DNA from: Octopus sinensis
Taxonomy: Eukaryota
Assembly: GCF_006345805.1 (NCBI RefSeq)
Contig: NC_043001.1
Location: forward strand, 21,452,001 to 21,516,000
Length of the DNA stretch: 64,000 bases
Reading direction: 5' to 3'
The notes under the pieces: generated by a model
Told to the model about the DNA's origin: nothing
Seen by the model: only the letters and a program-made list of their open reading frames with translations
The model's database searches: none
Program-made: the position numbers and the translations under genes
Shown here: positions 51,780 through 64,000 of the stretch, piece by piece
Layout of the letters: each line of letters opens with the position of its first letter
Numbering within the stretch: position 1 is the first letter of the stretch

Positions 51780-53437
51780 TTTTCTGCCTTTAACCCTCCA
51801 ACGCGGAGTATAGGCCACTGATAATTGAATTCCATGTTGCATAATTTTTCGCTTCTATACTTTACTCTGCCATGAATGTCCCCCTTTCTCTAGTTCCTTT
51901 TGTGTTGATCTCCACAACGAGTTCTTAGGCTTACCTTTCTTTCTATATCCATCTGGATTCCACTGTAAATCACTTTTCGCTACATTTGGTGTGTCTTTTC
52001 TAATATGCTACCAATCCACTTCCACTTTTTTCTTAAATATTTGCTCCTGTGTGGTAAGTAGCTTGCTAACCAACCACATGGTTCCGGGTTCAGTCCCACT
52101 GCGTGGCATCTTGGGCAAGTGTCTTCTGCTATAGCCCCGGGCCGACCAATGACTAGTGAGTGGATTTCGTAGACGGAAACTGAAAGAAGCCTGTCGTATA
52201 TATGTATATATATATATGTATGTGTGTGTGTGTGTGTTTGTGTGTCTGTGTTTGTCCCCCTAGCATTGCTTGACAACCGATGCTGGTGTGTTTACGTTCC
52301 CGTAACTTAGCGGTTCGGCAAAAGCGACTGATAGAATAAGTACTGGGCTTACAAAGAATAAGTCCCGGGGTCGATTTGCTCGACTAAAGGCGTTGCTCCA
52401 GCATGGCCGCAGTCAAATGACTGAAACAAGTAAAAGAATAAAAAAGTAAAGAGTAAAAGAGTAATCGAAACTTTGTTCTTTGCCATAGCTCCATATTGCT
52501 TATGTGTTCGGGCCATCTAATCTTAAGTATACTACGCAAACATCTGTTGATGAATGATTGTATTTGCTTATTTGACTTAACTGTTGTTCGCCATGTCTCA
52601 GCCCCATACAATAACACCGTTTTTACGTTAGTGTTAAAAATTCTTATTTTGTTCTCTGTTGAAATTATACTTGCGCTCCATACTTTTTTAAAAGGTGAAA
52701 AACGGTCCTTGCCTTATTTATTCTCGTCTTAATATCTTCGTCGGAGCCGCCAAAAATCGTTATCTTACTACTTAAATACGTAAACTCGGCTACATATTCT
52801 AGTTCACTGGTTTCTAGTTTAATACGTTCGCTGTTTTCTTCATTAACGCGCATAATTTTTGATTTGTCGTGGTTGACTTTCAATCCTAGTTTGGCAGCTA
52901 TTGCTTCTAATTTTGACGTTTTATTTTGCATTTGGCTATATGTTTGTGAAAGTAGCGCTAGATCATCTGCAAAGTCGAGATCTTCTAGAGCTTCTGCATC
53001 CGTCCATTCAATGCCTGTTTGGCTTTCAATCGTAGTTTCCTTCATAATCCAATCTATAACTAATAGAAATAAAAAGGGAGAAAGTATACAGCCCCGTCGA
53101 ACTCCTGTCTTTACTTCGAATTTATCCGTAGCTCCGTTTCCATGCAAGATTCGGCGTGACATTCCTTGGTAAGTTGCTCTTATTATAGATATATACTTGT
53201 CTGGTATGCCGTAGTGCTGCGTAATTTTCCATAAGCCTTCCCTATCTACACTATCAAATGCTTTTTCGAAATCAATAAAGTTAATATAAAGCTATGCATT
53301 CCACTCTGCGCTTTGCTCTAAGATGGTGCGAAGAGTGGCGATTTGATCTACACATGAACGGTTCTTCCTAAATCCGGCTTGTTCTTTACGCAACAATTTG
53401 TCAACTGCTGTCCTCATCCGCTCTAAAAGTATCCTGT
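51780..53437 (-). mobile_element. 5'-truncated RTE-clade LINE (RT + C-terminus) interrupted by a SINE
   Basis: EQAGFRKNRSCVDQI, GVRRGCILSPFLF, DLDFADDLALL, LLYGAETW and KWKWIG. (ATT)n on both flanks. A SINE is inserted at 52046-52463. Confidence 0.9.
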
Positions 53438-53441
53438 TAAA

Positions 53442-53475
<34 letters not shown>

Positions 53476-53634
53476 TAATAATAATAATAATAATAATAAT
53501 ATAATAATAATAAATACATATTTTACCTATGAATTTGCGTGTGTAATCTGGGAATGCATATAATGAGCTTCTCTGCCCTAGGTGTACGGAAAACACTCGG
53601 TGGGAAACGGAAGAAAATTTGAAGAAAGAAAGAA

Positions 53635-53712
<78 letters not shown>

Positions 53713-54745
53713 GACAAGCTGGTTGAATTGTTAGCGTGTCGGACAAAATACTCAGCAGCATTTCTTCCGTCTTTGCGTTCTGAGTTCAAATTCCGCCGAG
53801 GTCAACTTTGCCTTATCATCCTTTCGGGGTCGATAAAATAAGTACCGACTGAGTACTGGTTTCTAGCTCATCGACTTACCCCCTCCCCAAAATTTCAGGC
53901 CTTTTGCCTACAGTAGAAAGGATTTATTATTATTGAGTGAGAGAGCAGAACGTGCCATCAAAGTGACACTGGAGTAAAATATACGAAGCCCAGTATACCC
54001 ATCATGACTACCCGTCTGATAAGGGTACACTAGGCACATCACAACCATATGTGCACGACATGGCGATCTCATATCAAGCTAAACAGCGCATGACCTTGCA
54101 GGTGGGACCTAGTTAGAAAGGAAAAAGCGTTTGAAGTAAAAACGATAAGTAAGGAAAGAAAAAAAATCAACATATAGAGTAACAAGACTGAATGAACAAA
54201 CGTTTAAATGGTACTGTATGAGTAGTGGGGCCCATGCAGCCATTTCATCTTTCATTTTTATATAATATTCATACTCATTCTTTCTATGTTTATTGTCCCC
54301 ACTGTGGTGTTGTGTCTGTCCTTGTAGTGACCTCTCTGTGTTAGTGGCCTGAGTACCAAATAAAAAAAAATGAGTATCCCATCCCGCTCAAAAGGTCCCT
54401 GAATAAATCTTATTTAAGGATGTTGAACGGAACACCCATGTTTCCCAAGGTGAATTACCCAAAACCCAAACAGTTCCTCTCGACACATGGTTATGGTGCT
54501 TCTCCACTATTTCTGCTCGTGATCAGCCACTAAGGGACATGGTCAACTGGTTATGGTCAAACAACTGACAAGCAAATCTGTGGTATTGAGCAGAATATTT
54601 GCGGTAGCCCATCTTTTACACCAATGCAAAACAATGTACATGATGACACTTCCAATCAGTTAAGATGAGAAGCCATGAGAGCCTTGTGCCTAAAGTAGAA
54701 AGGATTTATCATCATCATCATCATCATTATTATTATTATCATTAG

Positions 54746-54818
<73 letters not shown>

Positions 54819-54819
54819 T

Positions 54820-56250
54820 TATTGCGCAGCCTCTAACGCTGGAGATGTGCTAGGGTGTCAGCTGTTCACTACCAGTGAACTATGATAACACCCCTTATTT
54901 TTCGAGCACCATCCAGAGTATTCGAGCGGTTCCAAGCAGTGCTGCTTTCTGCAAGTGCTCCACCCTTATTTCAGCTTCTGTTTGTCCCATGTACTTCTCA
55001 AGAGTTTTTCTCGCTGTTCCCAGGGCTCCGACAATTATTGGTACTACTACCACCTTTTTCATCGACCACAACTGCTTAACCTCCCGAGCTAACTTGTCAT
55101 ATCTGTCGACTTTTCTTTCTTCCATATCGCATACCTTGTTGTCAGCTGGGCATGCTATATCTATGATCCAGTATCGTTTGCTTTCTCTCTCAATTAACAC
55201 TATGTCTGGTTTCCTATTCTCTATCTCATGATTACACTGAATCATAAAATTCCACAGGATCTTTGCATTATCATTTTCGATGATGCCTTCGGGTTTATGT
55301 TCGTACCACTTTTTTGCTCTGTCAAGTCCATACTTGTTACAAAGTGTCCAATGGACATTCCTTGCTATATTGTCATGATGTCTCTTATATTCTTTCTGGA
55401 CTAGTGTCGTACATTAACTGGTAATATTCCATACGGTTTCACCATTTTGTCCACAAATTCTGCACTTATCACTTTCTGATGTGTTGTCTATTCTGTATTT
55501 GATGTAATTTGTTCTTAATGCTTGCTCTTAGGCAGCACAGATTAGAGCCTCCGTTTCCGGTTTTAAATCACTTTTAGTCATCCACAGCCATCTTTTTTCA
55601 TCGTCTGTCTTATCTTCAACATCCCTATGAAATTGACCATGCATTTTTTCTTTATCTACCTATTTTCATTTTCATCCATCCATAAGAGCTTTACCGTGCT
55701 TTATCTTTGCAGTCTTCCATCCTACACAAACCTGGCCTTCTTACTCCCAATAAAAGTGGTTCTGTGGCATTTTTTACATACCATGCTATGTTGTTTTCTT
55801 CTGCCCTAACGCTGTGTTCGCATCCAATCAGTCTTCTTCCTCCTCATTTTCTTGGTACATACAGTCTGTCTGTGTCACTTTTTGGGTGGAGTATCCCATA
55901 TCTAGTCAGCAACTTCCTTGTCTTTCTGTCTAAGCTGTTTAACTCGTCTACAGTCCATACGATTACCCCTGCTCCATAACTAAGGAGTGAAACCGCCCAG
56001 CTTCAATTTTATTCCGTCCGTTTAATTTCGACTTAAGGATCAGTTTCAGTCTGCGCAAGTACTCCACCTTAAATTTTTCTGTCATTTCTTTCTCCATGAA
56101 TTTATCCATTTCCAATATCCGCAAGTACTTATAGCCCATCTCTTGTATTTGCTTCATAACCGCTCCCAACGGTATCGTTAGCCCTTCCATACATATAATT
56201 TTGCCTCTCTTCAAGACTAACACACCACACTTTTTCAGTCCGAGAAAAAA
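54820..56250 (-). mobile_element. R4/Dong 3' fragment (RT C-terminus to REL), close relative of 38030-38745
   Basis: KCGVLVLKRGK..GYKYL and NRKPDIVLI..VVPIIVGALG..LQKAALLGTARIL; (ATT)n on both flanks. Confidence 0.9.
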
Positions 56251-56260
56251 ATTGTTATTA

Positions 56261-56320
<60 letters not shown>

Positions 56321-56535
56321 GCTGGCAGAATCGTTAGCACGCCGGACGAAATGCTTAGCGATGTTTCGTCTGACGCTACGTTCTGAGTTCAAATTCCGCC
56401 GAGGTCGACTTTACCTTTCATCCTTTCGGGGTCGTTTAAATAAGTACCACTTAACCACTGGGGTCGATGTAGTCGACTTATTCCTTTCACCCAAATTTAA
56501 GGCCTTGTGCTTCCAGTAAAAAGAATTATCATTAC

Positions 56536-56588
<53 letters not shown>

Positions 56589-56641
56589 TATTATTTTTAT
56601 TATTATTATTATTATATTATTATTATTATTATTATCATAAA

Positions 56642-56862
56642 GGTGGCGAGCTGGCAGAACCGTTAGCACGCCGGGCGAAAAGCTTAGCAGTATTTCGTCT
56701 GTCTTTACGTTCTGAGTTCAAATTCGTCCGAGGTCGACTTTGCCTTTAATCCATTCGAGGTCGATAAATTAAGTACCAATTGCGTACTGGGGTCGATCTA
56801 ATCGACTGGCCCCACCCCCAAAATCTCAGGCTTTGTGCCTATAGTAGAACGGATTATTATTA
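56642..56862 (+). mobile_element. Family C SINE with alternative (ATT)n-type tail. Similar copies: 12120-12290, 22168-22375, 53712-53925, 56320-56525; a third tail type at 31193-31395, 17870-18060, 23780-23985
   Basis: Same head and body, then CCCCAAAAT..CAGGC..TGTGCCTATAGTAGAA.GGATTATTATT. Confidence 0.8.
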
Positions 56863-56870
56863 TTATCTCA

Positions 56871-56913
<43 letters not shown>

Positions 56914-57427
56914 TACCTGAAAAATATTTTTTTTAAAATCAGATCGATAGATAAATAAACCGACCGACAGATCACACAAAAAGATTGAAAAATATGAAAA
57001 ACTTTCATTTATAAGTTTCATATTCAGCAAATGCTAAACAATTATTAGAACAGAAAATTCAAGCAATTACTGCTATTATTAGCACCGTTGTCTTTTAGGT
57101 GAGAAGTTTTGACAGCGTATTTTTTTCTTTTTTTTATGTAATTTGTATTACTGCAATATCGTCTGCTATTAACTTCGTGAAGTGCAAAGCTCTTATTTTG
57201 AAAGACCGTGTTGCAGAGGCGGCTGTCTTTGCTTTATGCTCGGTATAAGTATATATTTTATATATTTAAATGCCTGATACAAGTATTTTCTCTAAAGTTA
57301 CTAGTTCATTTCCAGTTTTCTTGCTCTTGGAAAACAGAAGCTGAAGTCTTCGAAGTTTGTTGAAGTTTTTCCATTATATTGTGAAATGCAAGAAATTATG
57401 AAAGAAACAAAGCATTTCACTCAATAC

Positions 57428-57629
<202 letters not shown>

Positions 57630-57940
57630 TTATTGACGGATGTGATGTCGTTTCAGCTCCGAAGGTAATCATTTATTTTGACTATTTATAGGCCAATTTT
57701 TGTGTAGATTTTTGCAAATAAGGTGTGTAAGGCAACCAACTTTCATTTGAGTGCTTTTCCAAGGAGGAATTCGCCCCTAGGGGCAGTTTCGACCCCATTT
57801 CATTCTGTTATTTTCTTCTCGACATTAGAAAATGTCTAGAAATTTTATTGTTGAACGCTGGTCGCGTTCTTTTTGGAACAAAATTTTCCTAGTCTGGAAA
57901 CGACAGAGAAAAAAAAGAACGTTCGCACGGAAAATGCAAC

Positions 57941-59539
57941 GTGAAATTCGGTGAAAAGAACGCTGCAACCACGTGCGTTAACAGCCCTGTCACCACCGCC
58001 ACCACCACCACTAACAACAGCAACCACGAGACAACAACTGCTACCACCACCACCTCCACCACCACCACCACCACTACCACGACCAACATAAATGATAAAA
58101 TAAAACTGAAACGAAAACTATTGACAAAAACAACAGCAACAACAAGAACAACAATAAAAATGAACTATCTAATAGTGAAGATGCTAATACAAAAAAGTCA
58201 ACAACAGTAAATTTCGCAGATATTCTTCGCCAGAAAAAGGAGATTGTTACATTCACAAATGAAGAGCTCATAGAAACAAGAGCTCTCTTTACAACCCGTG
58301 GACAAGATTTAGTCCTGCATACACCTCAACATATAAAACAAGAAATAGAAAATAAGACAATTGTATATAAAATTATTAGAAAAAAAAACCAAATGAACAG
58401 ATTACAAAAACTGATGTGGAGAAATGTTTAAAAAACATAATGAAAGAAAAAGAGTATATAAACTGGGGTCCCCAGTTTAACACAGTAGTGGTCCGCTTCC
58501 CTAACCAGGAAGTGGCAAAAGCTCACTCTACTGAGTCTCTGGGAAATGATGAAATCATCATGGTCCCTTATTATAAAAACCAGAGGGTGAGTAGAATTAC
58601 TATCAGAAATGTACCCCCCGATATGCCGAACAAATGGATAACAGGGGCAATCTGTTACCACTTGAAAAAGATCAATATTCTAGAAACAGCCGTGTACCTA
58701 AACGACAATTGGGGTGGAAAAACAGTAGTTGTGACCATCCAGATTGAGGGGGCCTCTATCGAGAGCCTACCCGACAAGATATACTTGGAGAATGGGCAAT
58801 GCCTATATGTTATGGCAGAAGGCAAAAAGCCTAGATGCTACAAATGTGGCAGCCCCGAACATTTGATTGCCAAGTGCGATCTGGTACAGAAAAAACAAGA
58901 AAGAACAATTCAGAAACAAAAATAAAATCCCTTTGTTGCCAACACCCACCAACACACTCAATTATGGAACAACGCCAAGAAAACAACAAACCCCAACAAC
59001 ATCACCAAGAAAACCAGTACCACCAATCACCGTTGACGTCACAACCAATTAAACTTGTTGAATCTTCAAAAAATCGACCCACACCCACACCCAGGACGAC
59101 AATTAAAAAGACAGAAAACACTGACGAGAAGACAAATGCTACCCCTAACACCACAACAACACAAACACCGCACAAAACATCAACAATTTATACAAGCATA
59201 CATAGTGATCCTGTTCTTTTTCCTCTACCCCATACTGATACCTCGGACGACGAAAGTTCGACGGAATGGCAAATAGCCACAGGGGGTAAAAGAAAAAGAT
59301 CCAAAAAATCCACCAAACAAGGAATTAAAGCAGGGAGATATCTCACTCAGGACAACATTCCCCTAGACAATCAAAAAAGTAATGAACCCGTAAAACCACA
59401 CACACTAACTGCAATAGACACAGACAATAAAGAATTAATGGACTACATCAATCTAACATGGTCGTCTGTGAAGATGATTTTAAGACAAACAATCATCCGC
59501 ACACCACACCACCGAAACACATCAGAATTTTACACATAA
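57941..59539 (+). pseudogene. Tx1 ORF1 (gag-like, zinc knuckle), broken by frameshifts
   Basis: ORF pieces at 57941-58210, 58416-58925 and 58835-59539. Contains RITIRNVPPD and a CX2CX4HX4C knuckle, followed by a Thr/Pro/Gln-rich tail. Confidence 0.8.
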
Positions 59540-59745
59540 CACAAGCACAACACCACATACTGAAAACATTATTTCCGAATGCGGTAGGCGGGTATCAACG
59601 ATACCTGTCGAAAAAACTATACAAACACCTCATCAAAAACGATACAAAAGAAGAAGAAAAAAATGAAACTTTTAAAATGAGTAAGTGACCTCACTTCTTG
59701 CCTCTTGTCTCTTCTAATATAGTGTGTAAAACACAATTTTCGTAA

Positions 59746-62700
59746 TTGTCAAGTATGCTTAAATTAGGTTGTGTGAATGCGCGTGGCTTGGCGTCGGCTT
59801 GGAAGCAAGGTTACCTTCTAAACGACATCAAGTCACTGGACGTGGATATAGTAGCTATCAGCGAAACCAGACTCAGTAAGCCGCGGGCCCTCGAGTCCAT
59901 GTTTGGCAATCAATTTGACATTTATTTTTCTCCCTGTCTGCCGAACATGGGTGGTGGAGGTACTGCGGTGCTTTTCGAAAGAGTCTAAAGGTAAAAGTAA
60001 GAGCAATATTCCTAGACCCGGAGGGTAGGCTGGTTTCTTGGACGTGGATGGCAGAAATGGGTGTGCATTCCGTCTGATGGCAGTTTATGCACCGTCCTTA
60101 ACGGGTCGGGCGGATTTCTTCAGACGTCTAGAGGTTTTCCTGGGTACGTCTAGACCTTTACTGGGATTGGAACGCTACCTTGGACACGCATCTAGATTAT
60201 GTGGGAAGGGATAGGAATAGAAGGGGGTGTAAGAGCCTCAAAGACCTGCTCAGACGTTTCCATTTGTCTGACAGGTTCCGACTCGACCATCCGAACGTGC
60301 CAACGTGGACTTGGACAAACCGCGTCGGATCGTCGAGATCTTATCTAGATAGAATTCTATGCAGGACAGCGGATAGGGATAGTGTAGGATGTCCACAATT
60401 AAAATAGTCAGCTACACAGATCACAAATTTGTTACGTGTACGCTCGACTTAGATAAAACACATAGGCAGGGTCCCGGTTACTGGAAACTGAACACGTCGC
60501 TGTTAGCGCGACAGGTTTACAGGAACCGGATTAGCGAGTTAATTAAGAGGGCGCTGACGGGAGCGGTCGTTAACAACAGCTGGTGGTACGCCCTGAAAAT
60601 GGCAATAAAATCGGAATCAATTAGGTTTAGCAAGGAATTAGCGATAGAACGAAATAGAGTAGAGGGAGACTTAGTTAAGAAACTAGAAGAGGCACTTACC
60701 ACTGGCAGCGCAACCAACGTGCTAGCTGCGAGGATGGCCCTCGACCAACACCTCAACGCCAAGCACGAAGGTTGCGTCGTCAGAGCTAAAATGCGTGCCT
60801 TAAGGAACGAAGGGATTGAAGCTGCGCGAGAGGCCCGGGTAGCGGAGGCGCAGCGTGGCAACAGATCAACCATTCGGTCTCTAATAGATCAACAGGGATG
60901 CAGTTTACTCGAACCCGAAAGGATGTGTGAGGCCTTTCAACAGCACTTTGCTCGACTGTTTGGTGCGAGTGGTGGGTCGGAACGAGGGATGGATTTCAGT
61001 GCCTACCTGACCGACCTGCCGCGGCTCTCGGCAAGAGAGGCGGAGTGTTGTGAAAGTCCCATCACAGCCGCTGACGTGTGGGATGCGATGGCGGGCTGCG
61101 CGAGGGATAAGTCGCCTGGATTAGATGGTTTACCCTACGAGCTGTATTGTCGAATGCCAGACTTGTTTGGCGAACTCTTGGCATCAGTCTACTGCAACTG
61201 GCAACAAAACGGGAGAATCCCCGGTTTCGTGAGCCGAGGTGCAGTGACGTTGCTGAAGAAAGACTCAAACAAGGGGAATTTTATAGATAATTTCAGGCCC
61301 ATCACTCTGCTCAACGCAGATTTGAAAATTTTGGCCAAAGTAATAGCCGAGAGGTTGGCGCTTGTCATTGGTAAACTGGTCGACAGGGCGCAAACATGCG
61401 CCGTGCCGGGCAGAACCATACATGACAACCTCCATCTGATGCGCTACATTGTGGACAGGGTAGTTAAGGATCCTGGCATGGGTGGGGCGCTGATAAATTT
61501 GGATCAGTCTAAAGCCTTCGATAGGGTCGACCATCGGTACTTGGCGGCCGTCCTCAGGGCGGCTGGCTTCGGTCCCGTCTTCCGCGGTTGGATCGCTGCC
61601 TTGTATAGCGGCATCCGATCGGTGATTCGGGTGAACGGTCACCTGTCGAAACCGTTTGACATCACGCGTTCGGTCCGTCAGGGGTGTCCCCTGTCGGCGC
61701 TTCTGTATGTATTGACTCTCGAGCCGCTACTGCGGAAGCTGGCGACACTGAGGGGCATCCCACGGGAACTAGGTTGCGGGACGAGCGTGTCGGCATATGC
61801 GGACGATGTCACCGTCATAGTGTCGAGCTACCAGCATATCGAGCTGGTCGGCGAGACACTAAGAAAATATGAAACGGTGACGGGAGCAAAGATTAACCCG
61901 GAAAAGTCAGTGGGTTTGCTACTCGGCACCTGGAGAAGCAAGCCCATGCCGTCCGACTGCGGCTCAGTAGTGGGACGCTGGACGGACGGACCGGTTAAAT
62001 TGCTCGGGGTCTGGTTCAGTCCGGACCTCCAAATGGATAAGAACTGGGACGAGATCACGAGTAGAGTGGTCGCTCTCAGCCAAAAATGGGCCGAGAGAAA
62101 GCTGTCTCTAAAAGGCCGGGCGGAGGTGGCGAACGCGTACATCGCATCCGTCATCGATTACCGCCTGACCGTCGTACCTTGTCCCGACGCCACCATCACC
62201 AAACTGGAACGCATACTCTTCCGCTTCCTGTGGAAGGGTGGCGTTCCGATGGTGAGGAAGTCCATTTGCTGTCAACATCCGTTGAATGGAGGACTGGGCA
62301 TGCCGTGGTTGATGATGCGCAGGCATGCGCTGAGACTGCGACATCTCTGGAAATTCATCGACGACGGTGAACAGGTGTGGGCGCCGTTTGTGAGGCGCGA
62401 CTTCCCGCAGCTCGTCTCACTGACCGAACTGAAAACGTGGATCAAAAAGAGACCGAAACTGGGCGATTGGCACCGAGAGTGTCGCCAACCTCTACAGCAG
62501 CTCTGCCGACCGGGGTCAAACTTGTGCAACTTCCAAACGACTAAAGCGTTCTATAGAGGACTAGTGGAGGGGAGGTCCGACGACACACTCGGGGCAAACC
62601 TGGGCGTCGACGAGGAATTCCTAACCCGCCTGTTCAGGACGACGTTCGGGCCGGGGCCTATGGATAACTTCCAGAAATCCCTGGCTTGGCAGTGCTATCG

Positions 62701-63183
62701 AGACGCACTACCTTTTCGAGAGAAGAGCTACAGACACGGTTCGAAAACCATCACCGGACCGACCTGCCCGAGATGCGGTCAGAGCGACGAAACCGTTCTG
62801 CACGCACTCGTGCAGTGTCCAGATATTTCAGAGCTGTGGTCCTTCGTCGAACAGCTGTTGTCACGTGTAGGTCAGGCTCGCCTATCGGCCGAGTCTATCG
62901 TGAATATTGTTCCACCACCTTCCTTTAAACGGGAAGGAAAACGGTTTTCGTTACGCTGATGGCTATGGCGAAAGAATGTGTGTGGTGGACGCGTTTGAAA
63001 GGACTGCAAACAAACATCTTCCTCTCTGGTCAGTCTCTCGTCAACTTTTTCAAGTACCACTTGAAAAGGAGGATGAGAATAGAGAGGAAGGCTTTGTCGA
63101 ACGAATGTTTTAATAAAAAGTGGGTAAAAGTGGCAAAAATGGTCAGTATGAAAGACGACACTATTTTAAGCATAAATCTGTAA
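59746..63183 (+). pseudogene. Tx1 ORF2 (AP endonuclease + reverse transcriptase + C-terminal zinc finger)
   Basis: An 856-aa uninterrupted RT-containing ORF at 60389-62959. The endonuclease part (59746-60407) and the C-terminus (62959-63183) lie in other frames. Confidence 0.92.
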
Positions 63184-63486
63184 CCAAAAGAGACAACGAG
63201 AAGTAAGGCGACTTACTCATGTGTTCTTTTTCGAACTGTCTGAGGTGACCTTGGTCTTTTTTGTAGGTTTTTCTTTCCAAGGCTACACCTAAACTGTGAA
63301 CCTTATATATATATATATAGTGCTTTTTTATACACCACACAACCCACAGATCTCTATTGATCAAACGTTTTTTTTTTTTTTTTTTTGCCCCACCCATCCC
63401 ACCTCGAAAAGAAAAAATTCTACATTGTATTTCGTCCATTTTTATTCTGTGTTTAGCCCTGTGTGGCTACAATAAAAAGTTATCTA

Positions 63487-63521
<35 letters not shown>

Positions 63522-63528
63522 TTCTGTA

Positions 63529-63567
<39 letters not shown>

Positions 63568-63806
63568 TTCTCTATTTAACTATCTCTCTCTGTATATATA
63601 TATATATATTTACCAAATATATATAAATTTATATAAATATATAAACTTATTTATATATATATATAAATTTATTATTATTTGTATATAAATTTATTTGTAT
63701 ATATAAACAATTATGCATGTGTATGTATATATATATACATGCTAAATGCATCTATCTATATATGTATGTATGTATGTAGGTATGTATGTATGTATACATA
63801 TATATA

Positions 63807-63842
<36 letters not shown>

Positions 63843-63874
63843 TGTATGTATGTATGTATGTATGTATATGCACC

Positions 63875-63990
63875 GCTTACGCTATATTTCTGGTAAGGCA
63901 ACTACAGGAGAAATATCTAACCAAATATAAACCTCTGTACTTGGCTTTTGTTGCCTTAGAGAAAACCTTTGATTGGGTCTCCTGATCCCA
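63875..63990 (+). mobile_element. RTE RT fragment
   Basis: AIFLVRQLQEKYL..PLYLAFVALEKTFDWV. Confidence 0.7.
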
Positions 63991-64000
63991 TATCTAAAAC

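Larger units (their letters stand above)
57630..63479 (+). mobile_element. Near-full-length Tx1/L1-clade non-LTR retrotransposon (ORF1 + APE-RT ORF2, frameshifted)
   Basis: ORF1 has a CCHC knuckle (CYKCGSPEHLIAKC). ORF2 has APE motifs (LGCVNARGL, VAISETR, YLDRI, YTDHKFV), RT motifs (KSPGLDGLP, FRPITLLNADLK, LDQSKAFDRVDH, VRQGCPLS, AYADDV) and a C-terminal CPRC..HALVQC. The 3' end GTGGCTACAATAAAAAG is followed by TATC/TGTC repeats. The 5' boundary is inferred from the end of the (TATC)n array. Confidence 0.93.

Overview
This is AT-rich eukaryotic genomic DNA dominated by transposons and microsatellites. The tRNA-derived SINE families and the repeat landscape suggest an octopus or other coleoid cephalopod, which is an inference. 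There are no prokaryotic features, and most computed ORFs are microsatellite translations. Recognisable elements are: a near-full-length Tx1/L1-clade LINE (~57630-63480) plus two 3' fragments; a degraded near-full-length R4/Dong-type REL LINE (~39356-43175) in a head-to-tail train with related 3' fragments; RTE fragments; two inverted deleted mariner copies; piggyBac and Helitron remnants; Penelope-like palindromes with hammerhead-like motifs; and dozens of modular SINEs. A few candidate exons on the minus strand suggest an unidentified host gene that ends in a duplicated last exon near 2.4-3.5 kb. The strongest candidate system is a microsatellite-centred retroelement network. The Tx1 family sits in (TATC/GATA)n arrays and shares its ~45-nt 3' end with the most abundant SINE. 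R4/Dong elements stack in (TAA)n, and RTE and SINE tails appear to create those arrays. Element boundaries were estimated by eye and are approximate unless stated to the base.
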